From assembly GCA_040753675.1 (NCBI GenBank), contig JBFMEB010000011.1, positions 1 to 56,647 of the forward strand: DNA of 56,647 nt, written 5' to 3'. This document shows positions 7,370 to 16,763 of this stretch, piece by piece. Both the position numbers and the translations under genes were made by a program. A model generated the notes under the pieces. That model did not search any database. It saw only the letters and a list, made by a program, of their open reading frames with translations, and was not told the origin of the DNA. Position 1 is the first letter of the stretch. Each line of letters opens with the position of its first letter. Source of the DNA: Candidatus Omnitrophota bacterium. GTDB taxonomy: Bacteria > Omnitrophota > Gorgyraeia > JAHJTE01.

Positions 7370-8650
7370 TTATTTAAAGCCGACTATATTAAAAAACAAT
7401 TGATCGGTGCTAATATGTTCTACTGCTCTAACCTCTTTTAACTTTTGAGGCATAAACAGAGCAACCGTTAATCTTAAAATACCTGATATCAAAAATAGAG
7501 TTAAAATTCTATATCCAAAAATATTTGGTAATTTATTCACAAGAAAACCGCCCAAAAGCGCCCCCAGACAAAGTGCCATGCCGTTAACCGCGCTAAAATA
7601 AGAAATACATCGGGTACGTTTCTCGGGCCTGACTGCATCAAAAATAAAATTAGATGCGCATAGATTAAAACCTGCCCAAGCAAAACCAGATAGGACTTGC
7701 GCAAAAATTAAAAAGATGGGGTTACGATTGACAATCCATAAAAGCGGAATTATTGCGATCAAGGGTGCGCAAAATTTCATAATCCTCAAGTTCCCCACCT
7801 TATCCCCTATTTTACCCCATCGGCCCATCATCGAATAAACAGTTAGGGTGGCGGTTACGCTAATAATGGTATAAAGCATATAACTAAAATGCAAGTCTTT
7901 TAGCATTAATACTGAAAAAAATGGTGAAGCCAAATTTACGCAAAAATTTAAGCTCGCTACGAATAAAACAAACTTGGCAAAATTACTTTCTTTTAAGCGC
8001 AACAAAAATTCAAAAAAATTAAAATAGTTTTCCCTGCGGTAGTCTAAAACCGGTTCATGCATTTTTTTTAAAAAATACCACGAAATTATTCTAAATATGA
8101 AGGCAAGTAAAAAAACAACCGTAAAGCCATAAAAAATATTCACTCTTTTCATCAAATGAAGGATAAGGCCGGCAATAAATGTTGCCATAACTACTATGAA
8201 TCCCAAGGTTTTATTTCTCCAACCAAAATATTGACCCCTTCTTCCCTGCTCAACCAAATCAGACATAAGACTAGCCCAGGCAGAATTAGCAAATGCCCCA
8301 AACGAACTAAACAAAATTACCGTTACGATAAAAATAATAGGTTTCTTTATTGCCAAAAAACCAATAAGTGCCATGGGCAGCAGCATAAGTGCTTGTAAAA
8401 ATATAGAAATGCTAAAAATTTTTTTTCGAGATTTTAATTTGTCGCTAAAGTCTGCGGCCTTCAGTTGAATTAAAGAAGCGAACAAATTAGGCAGAGAATT
8501 TAATATCCCTACTTCTTTTGCCGTAGCGCCTAATATGAGCAAAAAAGGCGTAAGATAATCCTGTGTAAACCCGAGCATGCCGCTGGCAAATATACCGTCT
8601 AAAAATGAAAACCTTAAACTTTTATTTATTCTTTCATCATTTGTATTCAT
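7370..8650 (-). CDS. MFS transporter
   Basis: About 12 TM segments; WASLMSDLV..RRGQYFG and WGKIGDKVG repeat motifs. Confidence 0.88.
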   Translation of the reverse strand: MNTNDERINKSLRFSFLDGIFASGMLGFTQDYLTPFLLILGATAKEVGILNSLPNLFASLIQLKAADFSDKLKSRKKIFSISIFLQALMLLPMALIGFLAIKKPIIFIVTVILFSSFGAFANSAWASLMSDLVEQGRRGQYFGWRNKTLGFIVVMATFIAGLILHLMKRVNIFYGFTVVFLLAFIFRIISWYFLKKMHEPVLDYRRENYFNFFEFLLRLKESNFAKFVLFVASLNFCVNLASPFFSVLMLKDLHFSYMLYTIISVTATLTVYSMMGRWGKIGDKVGNLRIMKFCAPLIAIIPLLWIVNRNPIFLIFAQVLSGFAWAGFNLCASNFIFDAVRPEKRTRCISYFSAVNGMALCLGALLGGFLVNKLPNIFGYRILTLFLISGILRLTVALFMPQKLKEVRAVEHISTDQLFFNIVGFK

Positions 8651-8734
8651 TTTTCTAAAATTATTATCAAACTTTTGATTTTAATAATTGGGGGGGTCTT
8701 AATAATAACCTGCGGAAAAAGAATTGGCCTTGTT

Positions 8735-9313
8735 TTAGTTAAAAAATTGCATTATGCCTTTTCGCACCATCATAATTGCAATTGCAGCTAAAAGAAGGCT
8801 GGTAACTTTTGAAAGCGCTTTTGAGCCGGATTCACCGATAAGCTTTATTAAATAATCTGAGAGAAAAAAGATTAGGCCGGCTATCAAAACATTTAAAACC
8901 ACCGATAATAAAGTTGCGTATAGACCATAAACTCCGATAATAATTAACGAAGTAGCCAGGACTGCCGGCCCTACTATTAAAGGCGTCCCTAACGGCACCG
9001 CACCTACTTCGGAAATAGGAATGCGGCGCTTCTTATTCGGATTTATAATATCTATTATAGCTATAGAAAATAATATCAGGCCACCAGCGATTAAAAAATC
9101 ACCCATGGAAATGCCTAATAATTTAAACACCGCTTTGCCTAAAAATATGAAGAATACCGCTAAGCATATAGCAGTTATCATTGACTGAAATATGATTTTT
9201 ATTTTTTCTTTCCGGCTGAGGCCCTGGGTAAAAGAAACAAATATCGGTAAAACCCCGATTGCATCCACGGCCACAAATATAGGTATAAATGCCAACAAGA
9301 GGCTTTTAATCAT
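8735..9313 (-). CDS. MarC family membrane protein
   Basis: VPLGTPLIVGP, IAGGLILF, LLLAAIAI. Confidence 0.9.
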   Translation of the reverse strand: MIKSLLLAFIPIFVAVDAIGVLPIFVSFTQGLSRKEKIKIIFQSMITAICLAVFFIFLGKAVFKLLGISMGDFLIAGGLILFSIAIIDIINPNKKRRIPISEVGAVPLGTPLIVGPAVLATSLIIIGVYGLYATLLSVVLNVLIAGLIFFLSDYLIKLIGESGSKALSKVTSLLLAAIAIMMVRKGIMQFFN

Positions 9314-10900
9314 TTAAGTAATCTGATAAACGCGGTAATCAACCTCGGGGAAAAGATTATATTGACTACGTCGGGAGTTAATCCAATTTATGTCAATTCT
9401 ATTTTGGTTTATCATATCATAGAGACCATTAAACACATCAATATGGTCTTTAATCCGCTGACAGGCATAATAACTAAATGTGTTTGTCTTCATCATAAAT
9501 GGCCAGTCGCTCGCTTGCGCCAAAAGCAACTCCCTGGCTAAATGATTTAAGGCTTCCTTAAGGTCACCTGAGGCAGCGGGAAATCTATTGGCAAGCTCTG
9601 ACATCCTTTCTACCATCATATGCAGATGCGGATAAATCCAGTCATTAGAGCCTTCCAGCCAAACCTCGCTATAACCTTTCCAACCCCAACTTGAAAACGA
9701 TGGGGTTATCACTTGAAACTTGTCATACAATTTAAGATATTCGATCGGTGTAATTAATTTAAAAACCTTCTGGTCGTAACGTACTTTTCTTATAACAAAA
9801 TCCATCCAATCAATACCTTCAAACCACCAATGACCGAATAATTCCGCATCATAAGGAGCAACAATAATCGGCTTTCTGCCAAGTTTAGCATGCAGATATT
9901 CAACCTGCCTCTCCCGGTTAAACATAAAGTTTCCGGCATGACTTGCCGCTGTGCCTCTCGCTATATCAGGATCATAGAGGTCTTTATCGTTGGTGCGGCC
10001 GGTAATCTTATGGTATTTTATACCTATATTCATCCTGCCGCCGTCGCCGTTTAAATATGGCCTTACATAATCATGATCTAAATCATAACCGATATCTCTA
10101 TAAAATTCTCTGTAGTTAAAGTCTCCTGGATAACCCTCAATAGCTGACCAGACTGCTTTTGAGCTTTCTATATCTCTCGAAAAAGCAGAAACCCCTGATT
10201 TGCAAAAATAGGGATTATATACTCCGAAACGAGGCCGCGGCTCGGCAAACAACACTCCATGAGTATCTAATATAAAAAATTTTATACCAAATTCATTCAA
10301 TATAGTATCGAGTCCTGGATAATAGCCGCATTCAGGAAGCCACATTCCCTTTGGCTTAGACCCAAAAACTCGTCTATAAGTATCAACAGCAATTTTTACC
10401 TGACCCCTTACTGCCTGGGGATACATCTGGAAGTTAGGCAGAAAACAATGTGTGCCAGCGCAAATCATCAGTTCAATCTTGCCGCTTGCATCAAATTTCT
10501 TAAATGCCTCTAGGAGTCGACAATGATATTTTTCAGAATAGATATAAAGAGATTCCTTAAAAATTTCATTATACATCCTTGCCAGACGATTAAGCCGGCC
10601 ATCATATTTTGTGCGTTCTATTTCTTTATAAGATAATTCTAAGAGCGCCTCAAGTTTCTTTTTATAGCGACTATTTAAAAGTTCGTCTTCCATCATTGCT
10701 ATTAAGGTAGGGCTTAGAGAAATGGTTAAGGCAAAATCAATTTTCTCATCAAGAAGGCGGTCAAGCATTTTTATGAGCGGGATATAAGTCTCAGTAATCC
10801 CTTCATAAAACCAGCTTTCTTCCAGAAATGAGGAGTGTTCTGGATGCCTTACAAAAGGAAGGTGCGCATGCAAGATAAATGATAGGTATCCTTTTTCCAT
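9314..10900 (-). CDS. GH57 1,4-alpha-glucan branching enzyme (DUF1957 type)
   Basis: LHAHLPFVRHP, ETYIP, GMWLPECGY, YDAELFGHWWFEG, ELLLAQASDWPF. Confidence 0.92.
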   Translation of the reverse strand: MEKGYLSFILHAHLPFVRHPEHSSFLEESWFYEGITETYIPLIKMLDRLLDEKIDFALTISLSPTLIAMMEDELLNSRYKKKLEALLELSYKEIERTKYDGRLNRLARMYNEIFKESLYIYSEKYHCRLLEAFKKFDASGKIELMICAGTHCFLPNFQMYPQAVRGQVKIAVDTYRRVFGSKPKGMWLPECGYYPGLDTILNEFGIKFFILDTHGVLFAEPRPRFGVYNPYFCKSGVSAFSRDIESSKAVWSAIEGYPGDFNYREFYRDIGYDLDHDYVRPYLNGDGGRMNIGIKYHKITGRTNDKDLYDPDIARGTAASHAGNFMFNRERQVEYLHAKLGRKPIIVAPYDAELFGHWWFEGIDWMDFVIRKVRYDQKVFKLITPIEYLKLYDKFQVITPSFSSWGWKGYSEVWLEGSNDWIYPHLHMMVERMSELANRFPAASGDLKEALNHLARELLLAQASDWPFMMKTNTFSYYACQRIKDHIDVFNGLYDMINQNRIDINWINSRRSQYNLFPEVDYRVYQIT

Positions 10901-10907
10901 AACTTTT

Positions 10908-11555
10908 TTATTTTTTCTGTAAAACGAAACTTCCTAAACTAATCAGGCCGCCAGAAGATATCCATTCTTTAAGTTGCCTTAAGAAAAGTTCTTTCATCTC
11001 CAGAGAGCTTTTCCCTACATCAAAACCGCCGGATGCCCCAAACAACCACCAATATTCTTCTTCAGAAAGCATCCAGGCTTCATCAAAAATATCAGACATT
11101 CCAAAACGGGGCGTATTGATAATATTAGAGGTAGCTAAAGCATAGAAATTGCCTTCTCGACTGAGCATTCCAATTTCTACGCACCAACGCCTGCCTGGAG
11201 CACCTACGTCGACATACCAATTCTTAGCCAAATCTTTAAGGGCTATGTCAAAAAAGCTGTTTTGCCTACCCGGCTTAAAATCAGGCATGCCTGTAATATC
11301 ATATATTCTCAAAACCGACTTTTCAAAATGTTCACCGTTATGCTCTATCGCTTCTCGGATTGCCTTTTCCTTCGCAGGTGTTATCTCCCAATAGGTAAAA
11401 ATCCACCAAGGGTCCCTAGTCATAGCAATAATTCTGTCTTTGCCGTATCTGTGAGGAAGCTCTATTTTTCTTGAGATATGCTCGGCTGTGAAAGGCACTT
11501 GAAATTTAACGCTCTCAACATTCATTTGTTCTTTTGATAAATTTTTCCCTTCCAT
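10908..11555 (-). CDS. DUF4912 domain protein
   Basis: ELP..YG..RI..MTRDPWWIFTYWE, LRIYD, WY, SN..TP; typical neighbour of GH57 branching enzymes. Confidence 0.85.
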   Translation of the reverse strand: MEGKNLSKEQMNVESVKFQVPFTAEHISRKIELPHRYGKDRIIAMTRDPWWIFTYWEITPAKEKAIREAIEHNGEHFEKSVLRIYDITGMPDFKPGRQNSFFDIALKDLAKNWYVDVGAPGRRWCVEIGMLSREGNFYALATSNIINTPRFGMSDIFDEAWMLSEEEYWWLFGASGGFDVGKSSLEMKELFLRQLKEWISSGGLISLGSFVLQKK

Positions 11556-11592
11556 AGCCAGTCCTCCTTTAGGCCCTTGAATAAAAACGGAC

Positions 11593-12885
11593 CTAACTCA
11601 AAAAAAGCTGGTCGCGAATCTTATTTGATGCATCTCTGGCAGCTATTACCTCGTGATAAAACTGTCTTAGAGTTTCTTCATCGACATCAGAGGCCTTAAT
11701 CGCCTTATAAGCATTTAAAACAACTTCTTCTTGCAGGCTAAGGCCTTTATTTATCATATTAACATCCCACATCCTGTCCTTATTCGCCCACCAAAATTGA
11801 CAGCTGTGTATAGCCCTATCCAAAAGTCCTCTGGCAATATTAAAAAATCGCTCAGTTTCTTCTGATTCGTCTTTTAATTCTTCTGCCGCATCAACTAAAT
11901 CAAAACATATTTTTATATGTTCCCACTGCAGGTTATGGATATCATTATCAACGCCTTGCCAAAGAGGATAAAAATTTCCCTTTAATATCTCTTCTTTTGT
12001 AGTGCTCCAAGAAGATGGTCGCGGCGGCTTTGAGGGTTTCGAAGGAAATTTATCCAGAAGCTCGCTTATGGTTACAACTTGGACCTGATTCTCTAAGCCT
12101 GATTCGAATATTTCTTTATGGCTTTCGGCAAGGTCTGTCCGCTGCTTAAGATTATCAAATTTAGCCACGCCGCTTATCAATTCATATACATCAGCTAAAA
12201 ATAGTTTTTCCCAATTCTGTATGTGATGGCCAAAGGTCTCCGCATCCATGGCAGTAATTACATATATATCATCTTTGTCTTCGCTTAAATCAATCAAATT
12301 TTTAATAAAGCCAGTGCTATCGATATCATAAAAGCTAATCCTGTTGCTTAAAATATCGTCGCGATAAAAAGTATTAATCTTAAGTTTGCCGAAATTAACA
12401 TTATAAACACAATCCAACGGCCATTTCTCAACACAAGAAACACCACTAATTAAAACCCAATCATAGCCAAGCGTGCTTAAAAGTTTGCCTAACTCGGTCG
12501 AATAACACATCTCTGGAGGGAAAAAACCTCGTGCCTTATATACGTCTTTAAAAAAATAGGAATTAGTTTTCTGGTTTAGCTCTATTTGCCGATGCATCTC
12601 TTTGGAAGGAATAAGAGGTAGGATGGCGTGATATTTGGCAGAATCTACAAATTCAACCTGATTTTTTTTTGCAAGTTCAGTTATGTCAGCGATAATATCG
12701 CTCTCCCCATGGTCATTTAACATCTCTGTTAATACCGCGCACATATTAATAGTAATCTTAGCATGGGGATGGCGCAATAACATCTTAAGCAATGGCCGAT
12801 AAGATTCATTACATACCTTTTTAAGTATTGCGTGTAATTGTGTCGGCGGTTGATAGAAATGTAGAAATGGCGCCCAGTATATCAT
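11593..12885 (-). CDS. GH57 family glycoside hydrolase (alpha-amylase/amylopullulanase-like)
   Basis: HFYQP, ESYRP, YHAILPL, GFFPPE, MDAETFGHH, SCQFWW. Confidence 0.88.
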   Translation of the reverse strand: MIYWAPFLHFYQPPTQLHAILKKVCNESYRPLLKMLLRHPHAKITINMCAVLTEMLNDHGESDIIADITELAKKNQVEFVDSAKYHAILPLIPSKEMHRQIELNQKTNSYFFKDVYKARGFFPPEMCYSTELGKLLSTLGYDWVLISGVSCVEKWPLDCVYNVNFGKLKINTFYRDDILSNRISFYDIDSTGFIKNLIDLSEDKDDIYVITAMDAETFGHHIQNWEKLFLADVYELISGVAKFDNLKQRTDLAESHKEIFESGLENQVQVVTISELLDKFPSKPSKPPRPSSWSTTKEEILKGNFYPLWQGVDNDIHNLQWEHIKICFDLVDAAEELKDESEETERFFNIARGLLDRAIHSCQFWWANKDRMWDVNMINKGLSLQEEVVLNAYKAIKASDVDEETLRQFYHEVIAARDASNKIRDQLFLS

Positions 12886-12923
12886 ACCTTAATTATAGGG
12901 ATATTTTAGAATTAGGAAAAGTG

Positions 12924-12956
12924 AAAATAAATAGGGCGCCACAATAGTGCCGCCCT
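12924..12956 (-). terminator. Probable intrinsic terminator after the DUF2934 gene
   Basis: AGGGCG...CGCCCT stem followed by a T-rich tract on the minus strand. Confidence 0.5.
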
Positions 12957-12995
12957 TGCTTAAACGGTTTTAGTGACAGCTAATAAGGAAAAGGC

Positions 12996-13181
12996 CTATC
13001 TTAACCTCATTTCTCTTCTAATCTGTCTTTCTGCTTCAAACCAATCTGACCAATCATTGCCATGAGAATAGCCGCGTTTTTCATAAAGCTCATACGCTCT
13101 TTTTGCAATTTTCGCCTGGAGGTCATTATTGCGGTTTGATTTAGACTTCAAAAATGAATCCTTTGCTTTTTTAAGCATCAT
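12996..13181 (-). CDS. DUF2934 domain protein
   Basis: IAKRAYELYEKRG..HG.D..DWFEAE signature; TTGACA-17-TAATAT promoter at about 13249-13277. Confidence 0.9.
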   Translation of the reverse strand: MMLKKAKDSFLKSKSNRNNDLQAKIAKRAYELYEKRGYSHGNDWSDWFEAERQIRREMRLR

Positions 13182-13319
13182 TTAACACCCCCTCTCTTTT
13201 TTTATTACAATTAAAAGTTTATTATTTTTAATAGGTTGCGGATTTTTTATATTACCATAATTTCCTGTTTCTGTCAATCTTAGTAAATAAATTTTGAGTT
13301 TAATCTACTTAACCTTGCT

Positions 13320-13766
13320 TCAAGTCTCTTTTGAATCTAACCAAATTGTGACCGGGCCATCATTTATTAGTTCTACTTGCATATGAGCCCCAAAATTGCC
13401 TGATTTTAGAATTACGGAGTTTCTGATTAAAGAAGAATTAAACTCTTCCCAAAGATGCTTTGCTTTTAGAGGTTCTGCGGATTGCTCAAAACCCGGACGA
13501 TTTCCTTTTAATGTATAAGCATAAAGAGTAAACTGTGGCACACTCAAAATTTCACCATTTACCTGCCTTACTGATAAATTCATCTTGCCAACTTCATCCT
13601 CAAAAATTCGCAAATTAAGAACCTTGTTAGAAAGATATTCTATGTCATCTTTAGTATCATCCTTTGAAATTCCCACAAAAAGCAATAGACCTTTTCGAAT
13701 TTCTGCACTCTTTCGGCCTTCAACAGATACTGAGGCACTTTTTACCCGTTGGGCTAATATTCTCAT
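13320..13766 (-). CDS. dtd: D-aminoacyl-tRNA deacylase
   Basis: QRV..ASV, LRIFED..GKMN, QFTL, FGAHMQVELINDGPVT. Confidence 0.95.
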   Translation of the reverse strand: MRILAQRVKSASVSVEGRKSAEIRKGLLLFVGISKDDTKDDIEYLSNKVLNLRIFEDEVGKMNLSVRQVNGEILSVPQFTLYAYTLKGNRPGFEQSAEPLKAKHLWEEFNSSLIRNSVILKSGNFGAHMQVELINDGPVTIWLDSKET

Positions 13767-13780
13767 AATAAAGGTGAGGA

Positions 13781-14110
13781 TTAAGAACGTATCATTGACA
13801 GCAACATCTTGAATCTCTTTTTGGCTTTGAGCGCATGAGGGATATTTGCAGGCATTATAATCATCTGATTAGCGCGAACCTTGTTTGACTTACCTCGAAT
13901 ATAAACCATCGCCTCGCCTTCTAAAATCTGCACAACTGCATCAAAAGGCGCAGTATGTTCACTTAAGCCCTGTCCAATATCAAAGGCAAAAAGGGTTAGA
14001 GTGCCGCATTTATTATTCAGCAATGTTTTACTGACTATTGACTCTTTAGAATAATCTATGAGAAGAACTAAATCTAAAACCTTTGCTTTCTCTAAATTAT
14101 TTTTTTTCAT
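13781..14110 (-). CDS. Cupin domain protein
   Basis: LFAFD.GQGLSEHTAPFDA, MPANIPHAL. Confidence 0.9.
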   Translation of the reverse strand: MKKNNLEKAKVLDLVLLIDYSKESIVSKTLLNNKCGTLTLFAFDIGQGLSEHTAPFDAVVQILEGEAMVYIRGKSNKVRANQMIIMPANIPHALKAKKRFKMLLSMIRS

Positions 14111-14120
14111 ATCTAATCTA

Positions 14121-15593
14121 TCAGAGAATAAATTCTTTCCTCTTGATTAATCTCTTATTCTTAATCTCTTCTTTTATATTTACGCTTATGCCTGGCTTTT
14201 TTAATTTAGCATACATATAATTTTTATAACTTTCCACTCCCGGCTGGTCAAAGGCGTTTACATTTAATAACTCCCCTTCAAAAGCCGTAGCCATCTGGAA
14301 GAAAAATAAAAGCTCACCCCAATTAAAGCCGCAAACCTGCGGCATAATGATAGTGCAATTTGGCCTTTTATTTAAAGTCAAAGACCATTCTGTTGCTTCT
14401 TGGGCAAGGTTTAAAAGCTGCCCAAACGACTTACCATAGAGAAAATCTTTTACTCCTACAATTTTAAGGTCGTCTTTGAAGTCTTCTGTTCTTATGAATG
14501 TTACTGTTTTATTATTTTCTCCCTCTACATTATTCTGCTGAATAGAATGTAAGTCTGTGGTTCCGCGACAGATAACCGGAGTCCTGCCAACATTGACAAT
14601 TCGGCTTAAATCTTTATCCCAAGTTTCGTAGCCAGAAGGATCTATTTTGATTTTCCTCTGATATTTTTTGCCTAAACTTTCTGCTAATAATTGCGCATAC
14701 CAGTCAGAAGTTGACTTTAATCTTTCTGAAAATGGCATTAGAACTGAAATCGTCTTTGATTTCTTTGTGTAGAGTATGTATTGCAGCGCTGCGTACATTA
14801 AAGCAGGATTTTTATAAATAGAATTTACCTTACAGCGACCAGCCATTGCCTTTGCACCGTCTAAAACGTCTTGAATAACTATGCCTATAATTGCCAAATG
14901 CAATAAGCCCATATTAAATTCAGAGTATCTTCCGCCGATGCCTTTAAGTAATGGCAAATTTCGAAAACTTTTTTTATCCTTACTTTGTTCTTCGTTTACC
15001 CTACGGCGCAAGTCTCCTGAAACAGGGTCGGTTACGGCAAAAATCTGATGACCGAATTTAGCTCCTACGCCCCTTTTAAGCCAAGTCTCAACCACCTGGA
15101 AACTTGCTTTTGTTTCTATCGTCTGGCCTGACTTCGAAATTACGATAACAGCTGTTTTTTTAGAATCTAAATTATTTAATAATACTTTTAAGGGCGCAGG
15201 ATCTATGTTATTGCCTTCAAAATAAACCTTGGGCCTTTCCATACGGACGGATTTGAATTCATTATAATAAGGCGAACTTAATGCATCCTGTGCTGCCTTA
15301 AGGCCAAGATAAGAGCCGCCTATACCTAAGAAAACAACATTTTCATAACTTTCAGCAATCTTTCTGCCTAAAACTTGTATAGCATTGATAGTCTTCTCAT
15401 CCTGATGGGGTAAAGTAACCCACTCTAAATCTACATTTAGCCTTGAAGCCGGCTCTTTTATAACTCTTTGTAAATGCTCTTGGCCTTTTTTAATTTTATT
15501 TGCTAATGTCTTTATGTCTTTTAGGCTAACCCCGTGTTTTGCACCTATATTAAACTCAAACAGATTATTAAAATCAAAACGAATATGTTGCAT
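14121..15593 (-). CDS. pgi: Glucose-6-phosphate isomerase
   Basis: GIGGSYLG, ISKSG.T.ET, GGRYS, QLLAESLGK, NAFDQPGVE. Confidence 0.95.
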   Translation of the reverse strand: MQHIRFDFNNLFEFNIGAKHGVSLKDIKTLANKIKKGQEHLQRVIKEPASRLNVDLEWVTLPHQDEKTINAIQVLGRKIAESYENVVFLGIGGSYLGLKAAQDALSSPYYNEFKSVRMERPKVYFEGNNIDPAPLKVLLNNLDSKKTAVIVISKSGQTIETKASFQVVETWLKRGVGAKFGHQIFAVTDPVSGDLRRRVNEEQSKDKKSFRNLPLLKGIGGRYSEFNMGLLHLAIIGIVIQDVLDGAKAMAGRCKVNSIYKNPALMYAALQYILYTKKSKTISVLMPFSERLKSTSDWYAQLLAESLGKKYQRKIKIDPSGYETWDKDLSRIVNVGRTPVICRGTTDLHSIQQNNVEGENNKTVTFIRTEDFKDDLKIVGVKDFLYGKSFGQLLNLAQEATEWSLTLNKRPNCTIIMPQVCGFNWGELLFFFQMATAFEGELLNVNAFDQPGVESYKNYMYAKLKKPGISVNIKEEIKNKRLIKRKEFIL

Positions 15594-15613
15594 AACAACT
15601 CCTGGTTAATTAT

Positions 15614-16759
15614 TTAGGTCTTAACTAACAATTCTTTTGCTTTAGTTTCTATGGAATTCAAAATAGACTCAAATGATTTTTGAAATGCCGCGATGCCATC
15701 AGAGAGCAATCTTTTGCATATCTGGTCTATATCAATATTAAACTCTTTTAATTCAGTAATTACTGCTAAAGAATTTGTTGTATCAGATGTTAACGCCTCA
15801 TTTACAATACCATGATCGATAAATGCCTCTATAGTATTTTCCGGCAATGTATTAATAGTGGAGCGGGAAATCAATTCTGTTACATATTTTATATCTTGAT
15901 AAGCAGGATTTTTAGTGCTGGTAGAGGCCCAGACTATTCTTTGTAGAGTGACGCCTTTTTCTTTTAATTTTTTGAAAACATCATTAGAAAAAATTTCTAA
16001 ATGTTTAGCAAAAATTAAATGCGAGTTGCTAACTGCAGCTTTACCTAACAATGATTTTAATTTTGCTTGTTTTTTAATATCTGTCTCTTTTTTTATTAAT
16101 TCGTTGAGGTTCTCATCAACAGAAGTGTCAAGCCGGCTTACAAAAACACTGGCAACTGAATGGGTGCTTCTAACCAATTCTGGTTTATTATGCGCCAAAT
16201 CAGTCATGCCTTTTAAAAATGCCTCTGCGGCCCTTTCATATTGAGATTTAGAAAATATTAAAGTTGCATTTACATTAATTCCCTCGGATAAGAGCTGCTC
16301 TATAACTATAAAGCCCTCATCAGTCGCCGGCACCTTAATCATAAGATTAGGCCGATTAACCGCAGTGAATAACCTTCGTGCTTCAGCAATAGATTTCTTC
16401 ACATCCTTTGCTAATCTAGGGTCTATCTCTAAACTTACAAAACCATCCCATCCACCAGACCTTTTATAAATATCAGTAAACAAATCTGCAGCCTGCCGGA
16501 CATCTTGGATGCTGAGATTATCGTAAATTTTAAAAACAGAAAAATTAGATGTCTTTAATTCGCTTATTTTTTTATCATAATCAGAGCTAAAACTGATGGC
16601 CTTATCAAAAATACTTGGGTTAGACGTAAGGCCGCGTACTCCTCGGCGTATCAATTCATCTAGTTTTGCGCTTTTTAATAGAGACTGACTAATGTTATCA
16701 AGCCAAATGCTCTGGCCAAAATCCGCCAACTCTTCAAGTTTTGTTTTGGGCATATTCAT
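15614..16759 (-). CDS. tal: Transaldolase (long type)
   Basis: GQSIWLD, GLTSNPSIF, MIKVPAT, NVNATLIFS, ASVFVSR, WASTSTK. Confidence 0.95.
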   Translation of the reverse strand: MNMPKTKLEELADFGQSIWLDNISQSLLKSAKLDELIRRGVRGLTSNPSIFDKAISFSSDYDKKISELKTSNFSVFKIYDNLSIQDVRQAADLFTDIYKRSGGWDGFVSLEIDPRLAKDVKKSIAEARRLFTAVNRPNLMIKVPATDEGFIVIEQLLSEGINVNATLIFSKSQYERAAEAFLKGMTDLAHNKPELVRSTHSVASVFVSRLDTSVDENLNELIKKETDIKKQAKLKSLLGKAAVSNSHLIFAKHLEIFSNDVFKKLKEKGVTLQRIVWASTSTKNPAYQDIKYVTELISRSTINTLPENTIEAFIDHGIVNEALTSDTTNSLAVITELKEFNIDIDQICKRLLSDGIAAFQKSFESILNSIETKAKELLVKT

Positions 16760-16763
16760 CCAC

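Noticed and set aside
6899-7441. Plus-strand ORFs 6899-7213 and 7229-7441
   Set aside because: Antisense to the TPP riboswitch and hairpin repeats; no protein motifs.
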